64,000 nt of DNA from Marsupella aquatica (taxonomy: Eukaryota; Plantae; Marchantiophyta): NCBI GenBank assembly GCA_973895155.1, contig OZ316893.1, positions 3,826,490 through 3,890,489 of the forward strand. Direction: 5' to 3'. A program made the position numbers and the translations under genes. Positions within the stretch are counted from its first letter, which is position 1. The number at the start of each line of letters is the position of its first letter. The notes under the pieces are model-generated. The model was not told the origin of the DNA. It saw only the letters and a list, made by a program, of their open reading frames with translations, and did no database searches. Positions 22,290 to 34,706 of this stretch are shown here, piece by piece.

Positions 22290-25200
22290 AATGCGCAACC
22301 ATCTCAACAAATGTTACCACGAAGGTTGAGAGCAACATATCGGGAGATGGGTATGCCAGAAGAGGGAGAACCATCAGAGGGTGATTCCTCATCAAGTAAT
22401 GATGTAGGTGGTGCTGATGAGGAAGCCGCACCTCGGACTGATGACCAGGTCATGCATGATCAAGATAGACCCATGGATGACTTCATGGTTGATTGGTTTG
22501 GTGCCGATGTTGAGGATGATGTGCCTCACATTGGTCATGAGGCTGGCCCTTCAAACGACCCACGGCCACAACATACTCCAAAGGGACAACAACAATGGAA
22601 AGAGGCAGAGGAGCATGCTCGAACACCTATTTTTGAGGGTGCTCGGTTGAGCCGTCTTTCTGCCATATTGGGGCTCTTGAACATTCAAGCCAAACACAAG
22701 GCAAGCAATTCTATGTTATCAGACATATTTGAATATTGTCATGACTTGATGTTACCCTCGGAGAATGTGTTGCCAGGGACTTGGAAGGATGCAAAGAAGG
22801 TTCTCTCATCCATTGGCATGGATTACCATATTATTCATGCCTGTGTGAATGATTGCATGTTATTTCACGGGGATACAGCCCATATCACAGAATGCACAGT
22901 GTGTCATGAGCCACAGTATGAGCCAAACATGCTAACCCAGAAGGTACCAAGGAAAGCAGTTCGTTGGTTCCCCATAATTCCTCGCTTGTTGCACATGTAT
23001 AGATGTTCTGACTTGGCCGAGTTGATGGTATGGCACAAGAAACATCGTTCGGAGCCCGGTGTCATGCGATTACCAGTTGACTCTCCTGCTCATAAACATG
23101 TGGAATCAACATGGCCAGATTTTGAGCGTGACCCTCGGCATGTGCGACTGGGGTTGGCATCAGATGGAGTTAGCCCTCATTCACTTGGAGGGAAGGGGAG
23201 GCCTACATCGGTCTGGCCTGTGGTTCTCATGAATTACAACCTTCCACCATGGTTGTCCATGAAAAAGGGTTTTTTGTTGCTATCTTTGATTATCCCAAGG
23301 CCAAAGAAGGTGAAGAACATGGACACCTATTTGACATTACTGGTTCAGGAACTCCAGAAATTATGGGAAGGAGTATGGGCATATGATGGTCGAAAGACTA
23401 CAGGGGGTACCCCACGGGTTTTCAAACTCAAAGGGGTTTGTATGTGGACCATGCATGACTACCCAGGTAAGAACTTTGTTGTTTAAATGCATCATATTCT
23501 AATGCATGGTATCCCCTCATTTCCATGTGTTAATCCTAACATAACATTTGTGTGTTTATATGACCAGGATTTGGCTTTGTGAGTGGGTTGCAAACCCAAG
23601 GCTACAAGGCTTGCTCCACTTGTGGCCCAAGCCTTGGTGATGTAGCCAAGTATTCATCACATCTTCGCAAGATTGTTTATCTTGGGCATACAAAGTTTCT
23701 TCCAATGGGACATCAGATGAGGCGTGACCCACTACTATTTTCCTCTATTGATATGCCCTTTGGTGACGAGCGTGATGTACCTGAGCCAACAACTTTTACA
23801 CACTGGAAAGACATGGCTGCAAGAGTGGCAGACCCAGAGGATCCCATGCAATTTGAGGGTAGTGGCTTGACAAGGTGGAGTATATTAACCACTTTGCCCT
23901 ATTGGGGTGAGTTGAAGATCCGCCATCTATTAGACCCCATGCACATTGAGGGAAATGTGGGAAAGGCTTTGATAAAGGCTTTCTATGGAGAGAAAGACAC
24001 TAACTTCAAGGAGGCTTGTGAGGATCTTGAGATGCATCCAGACGTGTGGGTCATAAGTGATATATCCTATCACAGGGATCGAGCATCGACCTTCAGCTCC
24101 ATGGGTGCTTCCTGTTGGCCAGAGAAGGGAGTTTCGGAATCGCATAGGAGACATGCGGTTTCCTACTGGTTATGGTGCCAATCTCCGAAAGGCCTTTGGG
24201 ATGGAGGACAATCATAAGTGGCCAAGGTATCTCAAGACACATGACTACCATAGGTTATTGCAGCACATATTGCATGTGGCCATAATAGGTTTGGCAAGTG
24301 AAGAAGTGCAAGATGCCCTTTGGTCATTGGAAAAACTATTGAGATGGGTATGCTCTAAGGAGATATATACTGACGAGATCCTTGGGATGGAGGTTTTGGC
24401 AGCAGAGGTGGTATGCAAGTTGGAGAAGGCCCTTCCTCAGGCTTCCTTTTTTGACTGTCAAGTGCATTTACTTGTTCATCTTGTTCATGAGGTGGCCATT
24501 GCAGGTCCTGTGCATTGTCGGTGGATGTATTGGCTAGAACAATACATGGCAGTGTTAAAAGGTTATGTACGTAACCGTGCACGGGTTGAGGGAAGCATGG
24601 CTACAGGATACTTAGCAGCTGAGAGTATGTTCTATTGTAGTAACATATTGGCCACAATTGATTGTACCTCTCCCCGTACTTGGGTAGAGGAGAGGGAAGA
24701 TGAAGAGGATCGTTTAACAGGTGCTAGGAAAACTCGCATGTTGACACCAGTGGAGGTGAAACAACTGACCACATTCATGTTGAATAACAGTACTATCATG
24801 GAAGAATGGAGGGATTTCTATGAGGATGCCAAAAGTAACAGCACAAGACCAAGGATTTTTCCAAAGTACCTTGACTATATGAAAGAGAAGTTAGTTGAGG
24901 TGGATGACATGGTGGTCAGGGGAGATAGTGTATTATATTTTCCGGCTATCATAGATGATGTTCGTACCATTGTTCATGGTCCCTTGAGAGTGGTTACAAC
25001 AAGGACAGCAATGTGGACACAAGGAAGACATTTCAGGTGATCTCCATCTACCTTAGTAACCTTTGATTTGAATCACTTGGTTTAATTTAATTCATTTGTA
25101 ATACAAGCACGTGTATTGAAGAGGCAGATTCTTGGTGTGTTCCATTAATTGGAATATGTTTGTGTCTATTTTTGTGTAACATATCCTTATGGTTTGATGG

Positions 25201-25694
25201 ATTTTAGGATTTCTTCCCTTGATGAGAAGAGGGGTCGTACCTTTGATTGTGGAGTTCAAGGACAATTCTCTCAAGATTCCTGCAGCAGTCGCCATGACAC
25301 AAATATTATTCGAGATGTTGTGCCACATTATGGAAAGGTAGAAGAGATTCTAGTGATATCTTATGATGCACAATCAAAGTTTGAAGAGTATGTCTTCAAG
25401 TGCAAGTGGTTCAAAGTGAACCTTGCAGGTAACAATCCTACTGTGGTTCAAGATGAGTGTGGATTTACACGACTGAAGACGTCTGCCACTAGTTTCCAGC
25501 CATCTCATTGGCAAACATCAGAGCCGTTCACTTTTCCAAGTCATGTGGAACAATGTTTCTATATTCCATACCCCCCAAACCCAGAGGAATGGTCACTTGT
25601 CATCACATATGTGCCACGGTCTCGTTCAATCGTTGGGGAAAAGCCTGATATTCTGGTTGTGTCCCAACCTGAAGATGATGAGGACCAAGTTTGA
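22290..25694 (+). pseudogene. CACTA TnpD-like transposase (Transposase_21, DUF4218, DUF4216), one frameshift
   Basis: Exons 22290-23466, 23568-25036 and 25208-25694 with GT-AG introns. Motifs: IHACVNDCMLF, FPIIPRL, VRLGLASDG, SVWPVVLMNYNLPPW, HDYPG|FGFVSG...GYKAC, LDPMHIEGNV, KTHDYH, FFDCQVHLLVHL, RWMYWLE, VRNRARVEGS, FKCKWF, EPF...VEQCFY. Extra ATAT at about 24062-24065 shifts the frame. Confidence 0.94.
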
Positions 25695-26489
25695 GGGGTC
25701 TGTGTTTGTGGACATATAGCTACACGGATATATAGTTAGATTTGATGATATGAAGATTTCTCTTCTCGGTAGAATGGAGAAATATGTGCTTCTCAATTAT
25801 CAATAAACTTATGTTTTGTAAGTATATCATTTTCAAATGTTGTTTTCTATATCTCCCATCCCTACCCCATACTCACCACACCTTTTGGTAGACTTTATGC
25901 AAAGAAAACTCATGTTTCTTGTAGTCCTCTATCCTCCATGCTTTCCTAATCCCCCCTAGCCGTTCTCCTTATTACTTGTACCCACCTCCCTCCTCCTTTC
26001 TTTCATTGTCTGTCCCTCTTATTAAACCCTCCTTCCTCCTTCCTCTCCTTGTCCCAACCCCTTTCTATTTCAACCCTATACTTTCCTTACTTTCCACCCC
26101 TGTCCCCCACTCTTACCTATACAACCTAGCTTCTCTCCTCCCTCCTAAACCTATACCCTTAAACCTCCCTCATTTTCTTGTCCCTCTCTAAACCAATACC
26201 CTCCCTCCTTTCCTTGTTCCTCTCTAAACCCTAAACTCCCTCCTTTTTATTTTCACTCCCTAAATCCAAACCCTCCCTAAAACTATATCTACATACCCTT
26301 CCTCCTCCCTCATTTCCTTGTGCCCCCTAAACCTGTATCCTCCCTCTTGGATCCCTCCATTCCTTGTCCCTCCTAAGTAGCCCCATTCCCTTCCTCCTCC
26401 TTTTCATTGTCCCTCCCTAAAAATTACATGTATCCTCCCTCCTTTACCCTCCCTCCCCAATCCCATTCCTTTTCCACCTCTTTGAAGTG

Positions 26490-27000
26490 CTCATAATATT
26501 TTGCGAAACATCTTGCGAAATGCCGACCCCCGCAAACTCATCGCTAAATTTGCGATATTACAATGCTCGCTAATTGCCATCATGAACTCATCGCAAACTT
26601 CCGAAGATACCACGCTCTCAACGTTGCGAAACCAAAACATTCACAAAATGAGACCCTAGATAGGCACAGGATTTGCGAGCCTATTACTATCGCAAGTTAG
26701 CCATTCTGTAAACATCGCTCATTTGCGAGGCAATAAGACTCGCAAAACAGTTTGAGATGCTAAAATATTCGCAATGATTTAGTTTTCCGGCGCATCGCAA
26801 TAAATTTGCGAAGCGGTAAAGATCGCTAAATTGTTCAATGATAATTACTTCGGAAATAGTTTGCGATATGTGAAGTGTCGTAAAATGTTGCGATTGTCTA
26901 AGTTTTGCAATTATGTGTTGCGATGTGGATAGATTCGCTAAGTGCGATGCGTGTCGTATCGCAAGTTTAGCGATGAGATTAATCTTGCAAAGCTTTCTTC
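26490..27000. repeat. CACTA right subterminal repeat array (TTGCGA/TCGCAA core)
   Basis: Same motif family as the left array, in both orientations. Confidence 0.85.
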
Positions 27001-29172
27001 CTCTTGTAAAATGCCTTCACAAAATTGGCAAATATGTAGTAGTGAGTTGGCATCCTCCAGTGCTGAGTAGCTGGAATCCGATATATAAGCTGCCAGAGGA
27101 AACAATTCTCTGCCGCTGCACCGAATGGCAGCCAAGTATTAGCCCACAATAATTTCAAGTTAGGGCACCATTGTAATCTCCCAGCCCACTTTTGGACCGC
27201 CCTGTGTGTTGTTGTTTGCAATGGACCTTGAATCTCTCTCAGGTGAGCAGTGTTAGCCTCCAGGAATGGAGTGCCGTCCTTCCATTCGTACTACAATAGA
27301 ACTTGAAAGAGGTCAACTGGTCTACCGATACGCTGAGGGGAGCTCTTAACCCCCTTGTGTGAGCGAACCATCACTCGATGTAGCAAGGTATCGGCAGGTG
27401 GAGTCGAAGTCTCCATCTTTTGAAGAGTCCCATTGATGACCCTGAATGTCTTCAAGGGTGTCGATGCCTCATGGAAGCGCTACCAATCTAAGGTGATGTG
27501 GTTGCGTTGAAGCTTGTATTCCCAAATGGCAAGGTCCTCGTTGTGGAGTTTGGCCTCCATGAAGACTGGAATTCTCTGTCTGGGGTTGCCATGGAATGCG
27601 GGAACACCGATTAGATTGGCTATCAATCTTCTGTAAGCGGTTGCACAATTCCCAGGGAGGAGAAGATTAGGACCATCCTCCCACTGGATGAAATTCCCCT
27701 CAAGAGTTAGGACATCCTGCATTCGCACGACTCCAGCCCGCTTGATACGTCTTTGAGGGTTCCGGGAACATTTAGCCTAGCTGGAGCTCACGTGGTTCAA
27801 ATGTGGACACCAAAGTGGTAGGTTCAGCCACTCCTCCCGATGAGCAGGTGCAGTAGGTCGGAGGTGCTGTTTGATAACATTCCAGCCAATGCACACATTC
27901 CTCCAGACCTGCGAGCCATCCTTCAGAAGAGTGTGGCGTCGTGATACAGCCCAGGAGAAGTCTTTGGATCCCCATTTTTGGAGAGACAACAGTTTGATCT
28001 TATGCTGCAAAATCCGTCTGAGGGGATGGTCATAGAATAAAGTTCCCTGTGAGCGCCCAAAATTGGGCTGCCAGCGAAATTAAGCCAAGGCCGCCAAAGC
28101 ATTTGGGCCGGGTGATAGTGGCAAAATTGACCCTAGGACGGGCTTGAATGTTTTGGCCAGCCCAGATGAAGGCTGTGATTTTCTTTTGTAGCGCATCAAG
28201 TGTGCTCTATTGTCCTGCCCAAACAGTGAGCATGTACCACAGCGTGCTCAAAACTAAGTTATTGACCACCGTGACCCGAGTAATGAGAGAACGGACCTCC
28301 CCCTGATCTTATCCAGCCTCGATTCCAATTTCTCGGAGAGAGTCAAGATCATCTGCTGTTCTGAAATGCCTTGGGCAAAGGGAATCCCCAACAGCTTGGT
28401 GGCAATTGAGGCGTCCTCCCATTGCCAGGGCAGCCGTCGGAATTCAATCAGAAGACGCCTAGGAGAGATGAATGCTGCTTTCATTTTCTCCCAGATGCAG
28501 ATCAGACCAGAAGCCTTGCCAAACAACTCCAATAGACCTCTACATGCATCAACGTATTCCATTATCGCACGGATGAGCATAGCCAGATCATCAGCAAAGA
28601 GGTTGTGGATGTAGTGGACATTGACTAATGGGAAATATACTCCCTGGATGGATCCCCGTTCAGCTTCCCATCAAATCATGCGGCTGAGGGCATCAATGGA
28701 AATCAAGAATAGAAGCGGTGATAAGGGACAACCCTGTCTGACTGAGCGTGCAAGACTGAAAGGGGTTGCCATCTTCCCGTTGAGTAGAATCGACGACGAG
28801 GCTGAAGCATGAGTTGCTAACATAAATTTTGTTAGCTGCCCCCCGAAGCCCGCTTTTTCCAAGATCGATAATAGAAAACTCCATTCCAACTTATCAAAAG
28901 CCTTAGATACGTCCAACTTCATGAAAATGTAATCCAGACCGGTGGATGCCGCTTGATGTACCAATTTAATGAGAAGCATGAGGGAGTGATGTATATTCCT
29001 TCCTGGGAGGAAGGCAAACTGCTGCGGTGTAATGAACTGCTGAAGGATTGATGTGAGGCACATTTGAAGGGCTTTGGCCCCAATCTTGTAGATTACATTC
29101 AGTAAGGTGATTGGCCGCTTGTTCGTGAGATATCGTTGATCGTCCTTCGTGCATAGTAAAACAATAAGGCCC

Positions 29173-31715
29173 TGTGACAGGGCCCCAAACCCGGTAGTAA
29201 CTTAGTGATGACTTATAATTACATATATAAGTAGAAAGACAAGTAGGTGTAGTAAAAGTGTCTGGATTTTCAAATTTTTTATTTTTGTTAGTTCTAAGAA
29301 ATGGATGCGACAACCGGAGGCCGGAGTTGAGAGGGGTGTCAGGCGGTGATGGCTGACAAGGGAACCATTGAGGGGGTACAAGGAGGCCACAAGGCAGCCC
29401 AAGGACTTGGAGCCAAGGTGTGGGCATCTTGGAGGGGTGGGGGCTGGTCGGAGGCTCCACGTAAGGCGCAAAACGGGAAGAATGATCAAAATATAGAAAA
29501 TGTTGAAACTTAAAATAGACGTTGCTGCGCTAGTACTATTCCAAACATGGTCATGTTTGGATTCATTTTGAAGCCCTCAATGAGCCCCATGCGAGACTGA
29601 GGTTCTCTAGTTGATTTTAGGTCTATATCAAACAGTGACATCTTGAGGGACCTCAACACCCGTAAAATGGCAAACTAGGCAATCTTGGAGTAGTGATGGT
29701 GGGAGGGCCCTTAGAAGGAAGGGGTTCCCACACTTGTGTTCCCCTTCACCTTTTGTGTGGTCCTCACATGGTTTTTGCTCTCTTTCCCTTCCCCACTCCG
29801 TAGAGGGGTATTCCGTAGAAGAACCACTCCGTAGAAGGGGCCCTCACACTTTCTTCCTTCCCTTTTTTCTCTATTCTCACTTGTGGGGTTTCCACCCATA
29901 CCTAAACCCTAGACCCTTTCCCTCTTGTGCTTGCTTTCAACGTGTGTACGGACCCTGATTGTACGAACATCAGATTTTCAACCATCTCAAAATCAGGAGT
30001 CTGCGGGCTTGTTGGAAAGAGCTCGTCGAGCTAAATCCAACGATGTGTCACATGGCTGAAACGGAGCTAAGACAAGGGAGATACAACAGATCTTGTTTTT
30101 TGAGAATACGGGGGTTTTGAGGCCGTACGGACGTCTGTACGATAGGAGGTCCCAGATTTGAAAGGGAAGGAGGAGGTAGCAGCACATACGGGGAACCCGT
30201 GATCCGTGTTTTGCAAAGCCGGGGCCCCCTGGTGTTGTACGGACGAAACGGAGGGAGACGGTGCCCCGTGAAAACTTAAATGACCATGTCTTGGCCGTTT
30301 TACCTCCGTTTTGTGCACCGTTTATGGAGCCGTGATCAGGAAGAGGAGGGCTCCTCAGATATGTTTTCAGAAGTGAATTCTGAGAAAATTTTAGTTTCGA
30401 CAATTGTCGGGGCCCCCTCCTTTTATGGCGGACCGGTGGTGGCGATCAGGAGGATTGGGGCTCAAGCTAGGGCACCATGAGTGAGGAGGAGGAGGATTGA
30501 TGAGGAGACCAACTCACGGGGCTCAAGCTAGGGCACCGTGAGTGAGGAGGAGGAGGACTAGGGTTGTCGTACGGACTTGGTCGTACGACCTCGGGATTGT
30601 GAAACTTTTTGGAAAGGTGCACTCACAGGCTTGTTGGAAAGAGCTTGCGGAGCTGATTCCAACAAGAGGCGGCGCTCCTCAAACGGAGCCAAGATGAGTA
30701 AGTTAGGGCCCGACGAAGTTGGTAAGTAAGTGATACTGAAACGGCGATAACTTGGTCGTTCGACGTCCGTTTTGGGAGCGGTTTGGTGATTCGTGATCAG
30801 GAGGAGTAGGGCTACCCAGGGGTGAGCTCAGAGGTGCAATCATAGTGAAGCCTAGTTTCGGCAATTGTGGGGTCTCTTGCATGTTTGCGGTTCACGGAGC
30901 GTTGTTAGGGTGCCGTCGAAGGCACTGTCGGTCCCATCGTTAGATTAGGGTTTTAGGGGCATGTGTGTGCCGCATGCTTTAGGATTAGGGATTTCTTCGT
31001 GAAGGGTTTTAGTGGTGCCGCTAGGGTAGCCGCCACCTTTGTGACCCCGTGAGGGGGCTTTGGTGTGTTTGTTTCTAGTATTTAGGGGGAGAGCCCCAGA
31101 GTAGTGAGGGGGGAACTCAGCATAGTGCTTTGATGCTTTTGAGTAGCTTTTGTGAGTAGCGCACCGATTAGGAGAAGTTCAAGCCAGAGTAGTGAGGTGG
31201 AGAACATAGCACTTGTCCCAGGGAGGCAGGAGTTGGGCAGACGGCAGGAGGCCGGGTTGTCCTTGCATGTGTTATGTTAAACACCAAGAGATATGGGTTT
31301 GGCTTGAGGTTCCAATATTTTGTGTGTCACTTGTTGTTGCTTGTGTTGGTTGCTTTCCTCCCCTAGTGCATGTGGTCGGTTTCGTTGTGGAAACATTTGC
31401 CCTTGTCACTAGTGTTCAAATCTTATTGTAAATGTTTGTATGCTTGCCCATGAGAGGGGGGTGGTGACAGCACTCACCCGGTGGGCATGAGTTGTAGAGG
31501 GTAGGACCAGTCCCTTGGACTTGATCAAAAATAGAGAGACCAGTCGGTAGACTTGATCAAAAAGTACACTTCCGGGAGCGGAATCAAACATACTCATCCT
31601 TAGGTGTGAAAATCCTCCAAATAGTGTCCCTCCACGACCCCGTAATACGATACCAACGGTTTAAGCAAGGAAAAGTACGGTTTGCACGTATTAATCGTTG
31701 GATAGACAAGTGACA
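29173..31715 (+). mobile_element. Large solo LTR (2,543 bp), probably Ty3/gypsy
   Basis: Termini TGTGAC...GTGACA with 5-bp TSD GGCCC (29168-29172 and 31716-31720). Removal restores the LINE RT region FTRG|LIVLLCTK. No coding capacity; internal duplications at about 30000-30400 versus 30620-30870 and at 30456-30558. Superfamily and strand are inferred. Confidence 0.85.
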
Positions 31716-32392
31716 GGCCCCTGGTAAAGTCTGGTGCAAAATTTCCCGATGCCATGCCCAGGAGTAAGGTCCGATGTAGTGAGCTCCCCACCACATTCCA
31801 ATTGGCCACAAAGAATTCCGCAGGGACACCATTGGGACCCGGACATTTGTTCTTAGCTAGGGAAGCAGCCGCCAGTCGTAGCTCCTCCAAAGTGAGTGGT
31901 GCAATCAAGTGAAATCAATCCTTGCCAGATGCTCAGGATGAAAAATGGCTGATTGCCCAAGGATTCTCTCAAAGAATCCGGTAGCGGCTGCAACCATGTC
32001 TTCCCATTCCTGGATCAGCTGGTTGTCATCATTGAAAAGCTGATGAATCTCATTGTTGATGGCCAAACTCTTAAATGGTTTGAAAAAAAGCTTTGAGCAC
32101 CGATCGCCCTCCCCGATCCATCGTGATTGTAAGACAAAGTCCATCCATTGGGTTCTCACTTTCTCAAACTCGTGGAGTAATGTCTCAGCCCTTGTTACCG
32201 CAGCTTGCGCCTCCTCATTAGCCGGGTCACTCTCCAGCCACAGTTGAGCATGCATTAAATTAAGGCAGAGCCCATCTTCCGTTTGCCTGCGTTCCATTGC
32301 CCTTCGCTTTCCCCAGCATCTGTCAATCTTCCGCGCCTTCCCAAGGCATCGAGTGAGCATCTGATCAGCCGACATTCCATGTTCGTGGCACC

Positions 32393-32686
32393 CTCGAGGG
32401 TCTCACTATATGGGGACCTCCCCATCGCCTGCGACGTTTTTAGGGCTCGGACCCCCTAAAATGTAAGAATTTTTTTTATTTTTTAACCCCTATAAAGTTG
32501 GAATATTCTTGGAATATTCTAAAAATTGGATTAAAAAGGCCCTAATGTTCTTATAAGTCTCAAAATTGAATTTAAAAGACCCTATTGTTCTTCTACAAAA
32601 ATTCAAGTCTTCCCTTAGAACCAATAAAATGACTCTATCCTTCGTCGCATGTGATATGCCATTTTTGTGGAAGTGAAACCCCCGAG
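32393..32686. mobile_element. MITE, 294 bp, with 15-bp imperfect TIRs and 8-bp TSD
   Basis: Left CTCGAGGGTCTCACT versus reverse complement of right CTCGGGGGTTTCACT (13/15). TSD GTGGCACC (32385-32392 and 32687-32694). Removal restores EMEEAWCH|EHGMSADQ. Confidence 0.88.
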
Positions 32687-33511
32687 GTGGCACCAGGCCT
32701 CCTCCATCTCCCACATATTGCTGATACGATCTTGGTAGGCCCATTGGTGTTGGTGGCTAGTGTTCATCCTATGTTGTGAGGGGCGTTTGACTAATGAGGT
32801 TGGGGTCAGGGTAGCGAGGATCGGGGCATGGTCCGAAAGTGCAATCTCGAGCAGAATAGTGGAAGAGAGATCGAATTTACTAATGTGGCCCCCCGCTGAT
32901 GTGTAAATTCTATCCAACCTACGGAGGACCCTGCCCCCCATGGGAGTGTCAGATTGAATTGCAGAGACATGAACAGACACTTGTTGTCCCAACTAAATTG
33001 TAAGTGGTCGGGCTGGTGCATGAATGAATCTTCTAAGTGGAGGTGCCTCTTGAGGTGTCGCTAGGCCCTCATCTCACTGCCGTATAGAATAGATCCTCTC
33101 CCCCCCTTCCAATCCCCTCTTGTTCTACCATGTTAAAGACAGTCCCCCATGACAATCCACCTGAATGAATGATCAATGCAGTTGAAAAGAGCCCTCCATA
33201 GATCAGTCTGTTCCCGTGTTGAATTCGGTGCATAGATTCCAAGGAATCCCACCCTCCCCAATTTGCCATGTACCATGCAGCACCAAGCGGCCCTACCACA
33301 CGGTAGGGTCCCTTCCAATACCACAAAGGGGAGGAGACTGAGAGAAATTGCAATGGCCAGTCCCCCAGTTCCAGCCGAAACCTTGTGGTTGCGGATGGAG
33401 TGAGCCCCATCCGTAGCAGGAGCAATCACCCAGTGTGCATTCCGCCAAACTTCGTGTTGGAGTCTAAGCGTCCTGCCTGCCTTGAGCTTGTGCTCCTGTA
33501 TACATAACACA

Positions 33512-34706
33512 TCAAGGCTGCGGTGCAACCCCTCCAAGATGAAGAGGGCCCTGAGCCTGTGTCTCCTGGAGGCTAGGCCCCTGAGGTTGTATGAGACTAT
33601 GGTGAGCGTAGACGTCGTGGACCTGCAAAGGGGGAAGAAGTGGCAACAATAGTAGTTCTCTGCTATCCTGAATTTTCTGCCTCTTAGATGGTGTATTGAC
33701 GTCGTCTATGATTGCAGCTAGCGAAGGATCAGAGTCAGTGTCGGATGTAGTCTTGGAGCGTACTAGGCGTTTCCAAATGGTGACGTTTTCAATGCTGAGG
33801 GTTGGCACTGATGTTGTTGCAGGATTTAGGTGTGGCGATGGAGCCTTAGGGGGGGTTACTTCCACCACAATCGGATGAGACAAGTTGATACATGGGTCCT
33901 CTTTCACTCCTGCCTGAGGTTTGATAGTCCACACCTTCTTGGGTGGCCGCCGGGGATTCCGTGGGGAGGTAGCTCTATTGGGAGTCACTATTTTCTCCGT
34001 GCTATCCTTACTTCCAATCCTGGCAGCAAAAAGTGTTGTACACACTTTTCCCTTTGATCTAGAGTCTAGAGTATCAGAATTAGACCGAGTTGAAGTGGTA
34101 GATGCCCGACTTAGCCCCTTCCTCTGATTTTTCCTTGAGTTGTTGGAGGCGCGCGGCTGTCGAGATTGATGTGTAGTTGATGAATTCATAGATCACCGGG
34201 TTGCCCTTCTTGATGTAGATGGATACCAAATGTTTGAAGGCGGGTTGGTTGCATGGGTCAAAATCCGCTGTGTAGTCATTAACTGCAACGTATCGGTCCA
34301 GTGCCTTGAGAGGAGATCTCTGCAACAGTTGTTGTTTGATGTCCTCCCCTAAGTTTGTGTCGAATTGGACCACGAAGAGAGCATTAGGCAGTTCATCTTG
34401 GAGTGCCAACTTAATCTCATTCTCCTGGTTGAAAGCCGAAAGGCAATCCTTAGCTAGCCGGGAGTCAAATTCCGATTCAAAACCTAACACCACCTTATTC
34501 CCAAAAATCCGCTTGCGACCTAGTTGTAGAAGCTCCGTAGGTATGCAAAAGATTTCCTCATTATCAACTGTGGGAATACCGGGGGGAGGAAGATGCTTTT
34601 GATGGAGAGGGCCTCGCGCGGCGGTAGCCACTGCGGGGCGGTGATTCAAATCCGTAGATCTCGATGAAGTCGGTCGGGAATTGCGATGTGAGTGGGCGCT
34701 GGCCAT
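33512..34706 (-). pseudogene. LINE ORF1 (DUF4283/RRM-like), disrupted near 34180
   Basis: Lies between the LINE 5' UTR and the endonuclease. LFVVQF...LLQRSPL....YVAV.DY..DFDP resembles plant L1 ORF1. Changes frame into a basic, Ser/Pro-rich tail. Confidence 0.7.

Larger units (their letters stand above)
16179..27044. mobile_element. CACTA (En/Spm) DNA transposon, 10,866 bp
   Basis: Left terminus CACTACAACA, right terminus TGTAGTAGTG, 3-bp TSD AGT (16176-16178 and 27045-27047). Dense TTGCGA/TCGCAA subterminal repeats and a Transposase_21-type gene. Excision restores the LINE ORF2 frame. Confidence 0.96.
15636..33600 (-). pseudogene. LINE ORF2 (endonuclease-RT-zf-RVT), fragmented
   Basis: IVSYNLRGL...VLCIQEHK, GIYAPN, WIVMGD, RRLDRIY, LSDHAPI (33600-32700). 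KCPGPNGVPAEFF, RPITLLNVIYKI, QFAFLPGRNI, KLDVSKAFDK, VRQGCPLSPLLF, NLFADDL (31900-28300). LWQLIYRIPATQHWRMPT|LPPTDPLTWCTQC...EDIVHCIWSCP is joined across the CACTA insertion. Confidence 0.93.
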
